From assembly GCA_029262635.1 (NCBI GenBank), contig JAJCZA010000005.1:535135-599134 (forward strand): DNA of 64,000 nucleotides, given 5' to 3'. A model generated the notes under the pieces. It was not told the origin of the DNA, did not search any database, and saw nothing but the letters and a program-made list of their open reading frames with translations. Source of the stretch: Vampirovibrionales bacterium. GTDB taxonomy: Bacteria; Cyanobacteriota; Vampirovibrionia; Vampirovibrionales; Vampirovibrionaceae. A program made the translations under genes and the position numbers. Shown here one piece after another: positions 56,423 to 64,000 of the stretch (positions are counted from its first letter, which is position 1; every line of letters starts with the position of its first letter).

Positions 56423-57340
56423 ATGACGAATGTAAGGATAAAAATGACCATGGGACTCTTCACACCTTTTAAACGTTTTTGGCGTTTCTGCTGTTTTTTT
56501 GATGACCAACGGGTCGCTTATCTTGAACTCAATGGAATGATTGCAGAGCAACGTGAATTGTCATCAGTGCCTGAGTTTTTAGACCACCTTGATAAAGTCG
56601 AGGAAGAGGGATTTTCAGCTATTTTGCTGCATATTAACAGCCCCGGCGGAACGGTCGGAGCGTCTCAGGCAGTCTATGAACGCCTGATGGAACTGCGCAA
56701 TGAAAAAGGCGTTAAAATCGTCGTTACTTTGGGTGATGTTTCGGCGAGCGGTGGAGTTTATGTGGCTATGGCTGCCCATAAAATTATCAGCCATGGGGGG
56801 ACCATTACCGGGTCGATTGGGGTCATTATTAAATCGGGCAATTTCCGGGAACTGTTGGACAAAATCGGTATTCAGTCCGAGGTAGTTAAATCGGGTGAAT
56901 TTAAAGATATCCTGAGTACGGATCGTGCTTTGACGGCGATGGAAAAAGGACTCTTGCAAAGTACAATTGATGATACGTATGAGCAATTTATCAGTGTGGT
57001 GGCCCAAGGGCGAAACCTTGACCCGGAGACTGTAAAAACCTTTGCGGACGGCCGCATTTTCACAGGCCGTCAAGCTCTTGAATATCAGTTGGTTGATGAG
57101 TTAGGTGGAAAAGCCAAAGGGGTTGAGGTGTTGAAAAAATTAATGGGTCTTCCTGAGAAAAGTGAACCCAAACTCGTGACCTTCCAGAAGAGAAAATCCA
57201 TCCTGAACCGTCTGATTGCAGGCGAATCCCTGCAAGGTCGTCATACCTCTGGTCAGCATATTAGCGTCTTCTTACGTCAGTGGCTTGATCATCAAAACAC
57301 ATTCAGTCATATTCCTCTGTGGTTGATGCCCAAGTCGTAG
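56423..57340 (+). CDS. sppA: signal peptide peptidase SppA (short form)
   Basis: INSPGG.V..SQ, SASGGVY, TITGSIGV, KSGEFKD, ADGRIFTG.QA...LVDELG. Start uncertain. Confidence 0.92.
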   Translation: MTNVRIKMTMGLFTPFKRFWRFCCFFDDQRVAYLELNGMIAEQRELSSVPEFLDHLDKVEEEGFSAILLHINSPGGTVGASQAVYERLMELRNEKGVKIVVTLGDVSASGGVYVAMAAHKIISHGGTITGSIGVIIKSGNFRELLDKIGIQSEVVKSGEFKDILSTDRALTAMEKGLLQSTIDDTYEQFISVVAQGRNLDPETVKTFADGRIFTGRQALEYQLVDELGGKAKGVEVLKKLMGLPEKSEPKLVTFQKRKSILNRLIAGESLQGRHTSGQHISVFLRQWLDHQNTFSHIPLWLMPKS

Positions 57341-57341
57341 C

Positions 57342-57539
57342 TTATTCCGGAAGGGAGGAGAAATAGATACACGCAAACGCCTCTTCATCCATGGCACGTT
57401 CCCACTTCTCACAGTAATTTTTGTCTTTAAGGTGATAACATCCGCCGCACCGGTTCTTTCGACGGTCATATTTTCCTTGTCGCTCTTTAGAGCGACGATG
57501 GAGCCCTAGCATTCGTCTTTCCTCGTGTGGTTCCTGCAT
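57342..57539 (-). CDS. small basic protein with ERR/DRR repeats and four Cys (putative metal-binding)
   Basis: MQEPHEERR..HRR..DRRKNRCGGCYH...YC...FACIYF. ATG 57539 with GGAG SD just after the WG gene. Confidence 0.6.
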   Translation of the reverse strand: MQEPHEERRMLGLHRRSKERQGKYDRRKNRCGGCYHLKDKNYCEKWERAMDEEAFACIYFSSLPE

Positions 57540-57543
57540 CGGT

Positions 57544-58674
57544 TTAATTCTCCGAGTCCTGTTTTGAGGATTGCCATACGGTCTTTCCTGAGCGGTTGAC
57601 ATACGCCCATGTGCTACTCGTCTTTTGATGGTGATTGCCCTGTAGCCCCGTCATTCCAGTATCTTCCATCGTGCTGTGTTTAACCAGCGCTAGCCCTCGG
57701 GAAAAATTCCAGGCCATTTTAAATACGGGCTCAATGACCCACTGTCCTTTTTTATCGAAGAATCCCCACCTTTTATTGAGCTTAAAGGCGGCTCGACCTT
57801 CTTTAAAAGCGCCAATTCGGTCATAAGTGGGTTGAATGACTATTTTGCCTTTTTGGTTAATCACACCCCATTTCCCATCGGTTTTGACACTGGCGAGTGT
57901 CTCGCTGAAGGAGCGAACTAACTCAAATTCAGGCTGAACAACCCACTCACCGTTTAAATTGATAAACCCCCATTGCCCGTTTTGCTTTACTCCCGCCAGC
58001 GATTCTGAAAACGGCATTGCCCATTCAAATGACGGGGCGATAACGGGGGTTCCGGTTTTGTCCATATAACCCCAATAGTTGTTTTCACCCTTAAAGGCCG
58101 AAAGTCCTTCCGAAAAAGCCTCTTGCTGGTCACTTTTTGGGCGAACCACTAATGCGCCTTGACGATCAATAAACACCCAGCGCCCACTGTTTTTCACCCG
58201 AGCCATTCCTTCGACAAAGGGAAAGGCCCGCTCAAAAAGAGGAGGAATTACCATGGTTCCTTTTTGATCGATATAGCCCCATCGATCGCCTTTATTGATC
58301 ATGATGGCGGCTAATCCGTCAGAAAAATCAGTGGCTTTGACAAACCAGGGGGTGATGGCGACTTTTCCTGACTCGTTCAGGTATCCCCAACGTCCACGTT
58401 GACGTACCCGAATTAAACCTTCGGAAAACTCACCTGCTAACTCATATTGTGGATCAATTTTTATCTTACCCTTTGCGTTAATGAACCCCCAGCCCTCTTG
58501 TTCCTGAATCGCAAATAAATCAGAGCCTGTCCATCCGGTTAGACTGAAAAACGTTAATATCACTAGGCAACAAAGCCCTGAGGCTTGTCGGGCTAGACTC
58601 TTCTTAAGCAGAGAGCGGGTTATATCCTCCATAGAACAGCATTGAGCCATGGCTAATCTCTGATTCCCTATCAA
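57544..58674 (-). CDS. WG-repeat (KWG) protein
   Basis: About 8 repeats of FSEGL..V...G.WG(F/Y)I(N/D)..G...I.P. N-terminal hydrophobic segment; start uncertain. Confidence 0.9.
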   Translation of the reverse strand: MIGNQRLAMAQCCSMEDITRSLLKKSLARQASGLCCLVILTFFSLTGWTGSDLFAIQEQEGWGFINAKGKIKIDPQYELAGEFSEGLIRVRQRGRWGYLNESGKVAITPWFVKATDFSDGLAAIMINKGDRWGYIDQKGTMVIPPLFERAFPFVEGMARVKNSGRWVFIDRQGALVVRPKSDQQEAFSEGLSAFKGENNYWGYMDKTGTPVIAPSFEWAMPFSESLAGVKQNGQWGFINLNGEWVVQPEFELVRSFSETLASVKTDGKWGVINQKGKIVIQPTYDRIGAFKEGRAAFKLNKRWGFFDKKGQWVIEPVFKMAWNFSRGLALVKHSTMEDTGMTGLQGNHHQKTSSTWAYVNRSGKTVWQSSKQDSEN

Positions 58675-58734
58675 CGTGATTTGCTTATTATAGGATAAAA
58701 GAAGGATGACTTAAAAGAAAGCCTGTGAGTTGGT

Positions 58735-59883
58735 TCAAACGACTTTTGCTTTCCCCAGACGTACCATTGTTTCGGTATAAAAATCCTCAAAACGACTATC
58801 TAAAACGGCCTGCCGAGCAGATTGAGTCGTCTCTATCAAGAATTGAATATTATGAATGCTCATTAACATGGACGCGGTCCATTCTTTCTGGCGGAATAAA
58901 TGACGAATGTATGCTCGACTATGGTTTTGGCAGGTAAAACACGAACAACCTTCTACCAGTGGGCCAAAATCTTCTTTGAATTCGGCGTTTTTAATAATCC
59001 GCCGTCCATCTGGAGAAAAAAATGAGCCATGGCGGGCGATCCGGGTGGGCATGACGCAATCAAACATATCCATCCCACGTCGGATGCAGTCCAGCAAGTC
59101 CTCCGGTGTACCTACGCCCATAAGATATCGGGGTTTATCCTTTGGTAAAAACGGTGCCGTCAGTTCCACAATCCGATTAATTTCCTCTCGGGGTTCGCCC
59201 ACACTGACACCCCCAATGGCAAACCCGTAGGCAGGAAAGTCTTGAACAAACTGGGCGCTTTTTTCCCGTAAATCTGGATAAGTAGAGCCCTGGACAATGG
59301 GGAAAAGAGCTTGGTCATGTGGTCTAGCGTGGTGCTGAAAGCATTCGTCCAGCCAACGGTGGGTTTTTTCCAGTGATTGGCTGGCATAGTCTCGTGTGGC
59401 TGGATAGGGCGGGCATTCATCAAACGCCATGATTACATCGGGTCCCAGACTGTTTTGAATGGTCATGGACTCTTTGGGACCAATAAAATGGTAATTTCCA
59501 GAGATCGGATCCTTGAACCGCACGCCATCTTCTCGAATATCCCGAAGTTGGGACAGGCTAAACACCTGGAATCCACCGGAATCCGTTAGGATTGGCCCAT
59601 TCCAATTCATCCATTGGTGTAGTCCACCGGCTTTTTCAATAAGCTCCGGGCCTGGCCGTAAGTACAAGTGATATGAATTGCACAAGACCATGGACGCGCC
59701 TGTGTCCTTTACCTGAGACCAGCTCATGGTTTTTACGGTTGAGTGGGTCCCTACGGGCATAAACATCGGGGTTTTTACCTCGCCGTGGGGTGTTTTAAAA
59801 GTTCCGGCCCGAGCCGTGCCCTTCTCTGTTTTTTCAGACGCTTCGAGTTGAAACGAAAACGGGGGAGATGAAGCCGAGGTCAT
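58735..59883 (-). CDS. tgt: tRNA-guanine transglycosylase
   Basis: TPMFMPVGT, YHLYLRPG, TDSGGFQVFSL, MAFDEC, IVQG, GGVSVGE, RYLMGVG, FDCVMPTR, C.C..C...H Zn site. Confidence 0.96.
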   Translation of the reverse strand: MTSASSPPFSFQLEASEKTEKGTARAGTFKTPHGEVKTPMFMPVGTHSTVKTMSWSQVKDTGASMVLCNSYHLYLRPGPELIEKAGGLHQWMNWNGPILTDSGGFQVFSLSQLRDIREDGVRFKDPISGNYHFIGPKESMTIQNSLGPDVIMAFDECPPYPATRDYASQSLEKTHRWLDECFQHHARPHDQALFPIVQGSTYPDLREKSAQFVQDFPAYGFAIGGVSVGEPREEINRIVELTAPFLPKDKPRYLMGVGTPEDLLDCIRRGMDMFDCVMPTRIARHGSFFSPDGRRIIKNAEFKEDFGPLVEGCSCFTCQNHSRAYIRHLFRQKEWTASMLMSIHNIQFLIETTQSARQAVLDSRFEDFYTETMVRLGKAKVV

Positions 59884-60180
59884 AAAAGCCATTCCTATTC
59901 TTATGATTTTAAGATTATCTTAACGCAAACCAGACGATCCCTCTGGACCGAAGAGAAAAGGCTGCCGAAGAGGCTCGGTTTTAAGTGTATAAAAACAGTT
60001 AAATTAATAGTTGGTCATATCCTGTCATCAACTCACTGAAAAATGACTTTATATAGTTGAGAGCACACGAATCTAAAAACGATCGACCAACCTGAGAACA
60101 ACCGAAGTATCAGTAAGAAATTGAGCTGATGCATAACAGGCATAAAAAAGCATTCGGAAAATTATGGGGATATTGTATTG

Positions 60181-60411
60181 ATGGCACATTGTGAACAGAA
60201 AAAAGAGATCGCCTACTCTGAGTACGAACCACACTCCGTCACCGCAAAACGCTACCGCACTTCCAACTATTTTTTAAACGATCAGCTTAAATGCTCGGAA
60301 GCGATTCATGACTTCCAGTCGGTTAAAACGCTGGTGAACGGACTGCCACAATTCAGTCTGCGTTCCAAATTTGAGTTTATCGAACAACCGGTTGTCGCTT
60401 CTAAAAAATAA
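60181..60411 (+). CDS. small hypothetical protein
   Basis: 76-aa ORF filling the tgt-pheT gap with GGGGA SD. No family recognised. Confidence 0.4.
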   Translation: MAHCEQKKEIAYSEYEPHSVTAKRYRTSNYFLNDQLKCSEAIHDFQSVKTLVNGLPQFSLRSKFEFIEQPVVASKK

Positions 60412-60427
60412 ACTGGAGCGCGCGCTT

Positions 60428-62896
60428 CTATCGGAAGGTTATTGAGCATTGGGATGACAGGGCCTCTTTTACTCGAGTCACCACGTCATCAATCACGGCA
60501 TCGGTCAAGGTGGTTTCGTTTGATTGCAAGGTCAGGCGATAGGCTAGGCTTCGTTCGTTTTTGGCTAACTGTTCACCCCGGTACTCATCAAACACATCAA
60601 TCGAGGTGAGTAGAGGTTCTTTCAAGGCGGTAACCATAGCCACAATCTCTTTGTGTGAAACGGTTTCCGCTGCGGAAAAAGCGATGTCCCTTTTAACAGA
60701 AGGGTAGCTGGATACAACAATCTCTCTTGTCGTTTGCGTTTGCTGCTTAACACCCTTGTAAATGGCTTCAAAATCCAGCTCAAAAACAAACACCGGTTGA
60801 CGGAATTTTAAGCGTGCCTCAAACATGGGGTGGATTTGTCCGAGGATGCCGACCGTTTTTTTGCCCAATAGCAGTCGGGCGGTTTTTCCCGGATGCATGT
60901 AGGGCGTTCCTGTTTCAGGTTCGAAGGAGCACACACTGTCCAGCTTTAAGGTGATGAGCAGTTGTTCTACGACGCCTTTCGCTTCGTAAAAATCCACCGG
61001 TTGAATCGCCGAAGGCACATGCCATTGGCCGGAATAACCAGAACCTGTTAACACACCGGACACATAGAGTTTTTCCACGACACCGGATGATTTTTCGTTG
61101 GCCTGGCCCAGTTTAAAAAACGTACGACCCACTTCGAACAGCCAGATATCTTCTACACCCTGACTCAGGTTGTATTTGGCAATTTCAATCAGGTTAGGTA
61201 ACAGGCTTTGCCGCATTAGTGTGTGTTCTTTGGAATGAGAGTTAATGACCTGAACTAATTGATCCCGGTTGACTTCAAAGCCGGTTTTTTTGAGTAAAGA
61301 TTCGCCAATCAGCGAGTTGGTCATGACTTCCTGAAGTCCAGAGCCGCTTAAGGCGGTTCGAGTTTGCCGCAATAAATCTTGCCGTAGAGAATAAGCCGCT
61401 GAACGAGTCTTTCGGGGCAGGGTATACGGCACGTTGTCGTAACCATAAATTCGAACGACTTCCTCAATGAGATCCACTTCCCGATAGACGTCGTGCTGAC
61501 GGTAAGAGGGCACAGAAAATTCGAGTGTGTCACTGGATTCGCTTAAAGGGGTAAAGCCCAATTTATCTAAAATATCGAGGGTGGTCTTTTTATCAATGGC
61601 CACACCTAATAATTTCTCAATACGAGACAAACGCAAAGGCACTCGGACTTCTTGAGTTTTAAGTGGAGGCGACTCCACGAAGCCGATAAATTCAGCGCCA
61701 GCTAATTCTTCGTATAGCTGAACCGCTCGAAACAGCGCTTTTTTACAGGCGCCTCGATCCACACCACGTTCAAACCGGGCTGAGGCTTCACTTCGTAAGC
61801 CTACACTTTTGGCACTGCGCCGATTACTTTGAGGGAAAAAATAAGCGGATTCTAAAAACAGGTTTTTTGAATCATCGCCAATTTCTGTTTCCTCGCCTCC
61901 CATCAAGCCGGCCAAAGCTACGGGCTGATCGTCTTTTGTAATGAGTACAGCTTCAGAAGAAAGGGTCCGTTCTTCGCCATCCAATGTGGTTATTGTTTCG
62001 CCGTCTTTGCTGCGACGCACCCCAATCAAACCGGCGCCTAATTTATCAGAATCGAAGGCATGCAAGGGCTGCCCTGTTTCTAACATGACATAATTCGTAA
62101 TATCTACCACATTATTAATGGAGCGCACCCCGGCGGCTTCCAGCCGACGAGCCATCCAGGCCGGTGAGGGGGCAATTTTTAGCCCTTTCATCACAGCACC
62201 GGCATAATATTCACAAATATCGGGGTCGTCCAACTTAATCGTAAAGCCCTCGCAAACAGGAGAGGCTGTTCTTTCTTTTATCTCCGGCAAGGTTACAGGT
62301 AGATTATGTAAGGCCGCTACTTCCCGTGCGACACCGATCATGGCCATGTGATCGCCCCGGTTTGCTGTCGGTGCGGAATCCAGCACTTGATCCGATGACA
62401 GGTTGAGTACCTTCGTCAAATCATCTCCCAGCGGACTCTCGTTTGCCAGCCCGTCCAAGACCCAAATACCTCCTTCTTCCGCCGGTGTGTAGCGCTCGGA
62501 TAGGCCCAGTTCGTCTAGTGAACAAATCATGCCGCAGGACTCCACGCCCCGAATCTTGGCCCGTTCCAGCGTAAAGGTTGTGTTGTCTTTTCGGCTGAGT
62601 ACGGTTGCCCCAATGGAGGCATAGGCGATTAAAATCCCTTCTCGAACATTACTTGCACCGCATACCACTTTGTTTTGTGCGGTGCCAATATCGACGGTTA
62701 CCAGATTCAGTCGATCCGCGTTAGGGTGTTTTTCAACGGTCAGCACCTTGCCGAGACAAACGCCAGAAAAGGCGGCGCCAACGGATTCAATGCCTTCCAC
62801 TTCCAACCCGGAGTTGGTCAAATCCTCGGATAAATCCGCCGGGTTAATCCCGTCTACATTGACATATTCGCTTAACCAGTCTAAAGAAATTTTCAT
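60428..62896 (-). CDS. pheT: phenylalanyl-tRNA synthetase beta subunit
   Basis: MKISLDWL, HPNADRL, VVCGA.N, IRGVES.GM.CS, NRGD, VVDITNYV..E.GQP.HAFD, RFERGVD, HPG, RDIA, SLAYRL. Confidence 0.97.
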   Translation of the reverse strand: MKISLDWLSEYVNVDGINPADLSEDLTNSGLEVEGIESVGAAFSGVCLGKVLTVEKHPNADRLNLVTVDIGTAQNKVVCGASNVREGILIAYASIGATVLSRKDNTTFTLERAKIRGVESCGMICSLDELGLSERYTPAEEGGIWVLDGLANESPLGDDLTKVLNLSSDQVLDSAPTANRGDHMAMIGVAREVAALHNLPVTLPEIKERTASPVCEGFTIKLDDPDICEYYAGAVMKGLKIAPSPAWMARRLEAAGVRSINNVVDITNYVMLETGQPLHAFDSDKLGAGLIGVRRSKDGETITTLDGEERTLSSEAVLITKDDQPVALAGLMGGEETEIGDDSKNLFLESAYFFPQSNRRSAKSVGLRSEASARFERGVDRGACKKALFRAVQLYEELAGAEFIGFVESPPLKTQEVRVPLRLSRIEKLLGVAIDKKTTLDILDKLGFTPLSESSDTLEFSVPSYRQHDVYREVDLIEEVVRIYGYDNVPYTLPRKTRSAAYSLRQDLLRQTRTALSGSGLQEVMTNSLIGESLLKKTGFEVNRDQLVQVINSHSKEHTLMRQSLLPNLIEIAKYNLSQGVEDIWLFEVGRTFFKLGQANEKSSGVVEKLYVSGVLTGSGYSGQWHVPSAIQPVDFYEAKGVVEQLLITLKLDSVCSFEPETGTPYMHPGKTARLLLGKKTVGILGQIHPMFEARLKFRQPVFVFELDFEAIYKGVKQQTQTTREIVVSSYPSVKRDIAFSAAETVSHKEIVAMVTALKEPLLTSIDVFDEYRGEQLAKNERSLAYRLTLQSNETTLTDAVIDDVVTRVKEALSSQCSITFR

Positions 62897-62931
62897 GATG
62901 TGTCGTTTTACCTATCTACTTTTCTCTTTGT

Positions 62932-63336
62932 CTATTTTTTTTCGATATTAATATAACTGATGACTTTCGTTGTCCCTAAGTCCTCGAGACGAATGTCTTC
63001 AATTTGGTATCCAAGTAATTTGAGAAGTCGTCCTCCGCTTAAATAATTTAATTGGTTACGGGTCTCTGTTCGCTGTTTTCTATTTTTAAATTCATAGGTC
63101 AACAAAACACCTTCTTGATAGGGGCGTTTAAAGAGTAAATTTTTCAATAAACGGAAATTATCTTTGAGTATGGAAAATTTACTTGGGTTTTTATAATCAA
63201 CCATTAAATAATTCTCGTCGGGGACGGATTGAATTTGGTCTGCGGGCAAATGAAGGTATCTCTGGGCTCGCTGCCGCATAGTTTTTCGTTGTTCTTCATT
63301 GGCGAGCCCTCGAAAGCGTACCGTGTTTAGATTCAT
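62932..63336 (-). CDS. basic hypothetical protein between pheS and pheT
   Basis: 134-aa K/R-rich ORF with AAGGA SD; AT-richer than flanks. Confidence 0.6.
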   Translation of the reverse strand: MNLNTVRFRGLANEEQRKTMRQRAQRYLHLPADQIQSVPDENYLMVDYKNPSKFSILKDNFRLLKNLLFKRPYQEGVLLTYEFKNRKQRTETRNQLNYLSGGRLLKLLGYQIEDIRLEDLGTTKVISYINIEKK

Positions 63337-63376
63337 CGTGTGGGTTCCTTCTGATTCAATCTTTGAGAAAGGTGGA

Positions 63377-64000
63377 TTAGCCTTTAAAGTCGTTTAAAAA
63401 ACGTAAATCGTTTTGGTAGAAGTCTCGGATGTTATGGATGTTGTATTTCAGCATGGCTAATCGCTCGATGCCCATGCCAAAAGCAAAGCCCGTGTATTTC
63501 TCGGCGTCGATACCGCAGTTTTCCAGCACGTTGGGGTCCACCATCCCACAACCCATAATTTCTAGCCACTCCTCTTTAACTTGACCATTCACCGTGCGTT
63601 TATACAGTACGTCCATTTCCATACTGGGTTCGGTAAATGGGAAATAACTGGTTCGAAACCGAGTGGGGCGCTCTTCGCCAAACAGCCGTTTGATAAATTC
63701 CTGGAGAATTCCCTTTAAATCGGATACCGTTACGTCTTCATCCACCAATAAGCCTTCCAGTTGGTGGAACAACACGTTTTTCTTACTGCTCACGTCTTCG
63801 TTTCGATACACGCGCCCTGGTGAAATGACTCGAACCGGTAGCGGGTTTTTTTCCATGTAGCGAATCTGAGAGTTAGAGGTCTGGCTTCGAAGCAGAACAT
63901 GGCTATCCACGTCGGTGTAAAACGTATCCTGCATGTCTCGTGCCGGATGATTTGGCGGAAAGTTCAGGGCGTCAAAATTATAGTAATCTGTTTCGACTTC
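63377..64000 (-). CDS. pheS: phenylalanyl-tRNA synthetase alpha subunit (5' end outside window)
   Basis: Frame open to the window edge: [48 protein letters not shown]. Confidence 0.96.
   Translation of the reverse strand, partial: EVETDYYNFDALNFPPNHPARDMQDTFYTDVDSHVLLRSQTSNSQIRYMEKNPLPVRVISPGRVYRNEDVSSKKNVLFHQLEGLLVDEDVTVSDLKGILQEFIKRLFGEERPTRFRTSYFPFTEPSMEMDVLYKRTVNGQVKEEWLEIMGCGMVDPNVLENCGIDAEKYTGFAFGMGIERLAMLKYNIHNIRDFYQNDLRFLNDFKG

Noticed and set aside
59931-59975. Glycine riboswitch (GACGATCCCTCTGGA...GCCGAAG resembles aptamer 2)
   Set aside because: No GGAGAG, no downstream CTCTCAGG, no first aptamer and no glycine-related gene downstream.

Overview
Bacterial chromosomal segment, gene-dense and of moderate GC, with no prophage, IS, integrase or CRISPR array visible. 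The cyanobacterial/plastid-type ClpC, TIGR03279/DUF512 and UPF0367-like genes, together with a futalosine mqnC and no photosynthesis genes in the window, suggest a non-photosynthetic Cyanobacteriota (Vampirovibrionia/Melainabacteria). This is inferred from remembered motifs; no search was run. Content: (i) housekeeping genes (tRNA-Met, lptC, msrA, rluB-like, clpC, ruvX, glnA, mrp/apbC, ispG, mqnC, ileS, rarA, maf, hbd, thiolase, sppA, tgt, pheT, partial pheS); (ii) an atypical aryl-CoA catabolic operon (ethD, Oah/BamA-like crotonase, paaF, paaG, a lone PaaA/BoxB-like diiron protein, split paaH, paaJ) downstream of glcDEF, with paaI about 10 kb away; (iii) a complete MNIO (DUF692) RiPP cluster with a secreted (D/H)KCG-repeat precursor, a DUF2063 partner and YceI; (iv) two signal-peptide-less low-complexity proteins, one FG-rich and almost uncharged, one harpin-like with (AGN)n repeats; (v) lone AT-rich HNH and HEPN genes between core genes, and AT-rich in-frame segments inside ileS. 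A 59-aa ferredoxin missing from the ORF track and two likely ATT/ATC starts were read directly from the DNA. The best candidates for new biology are the paa-like operon, the MNIO-YceI cluster, the FG-repeat protein and the mosaic ileS.
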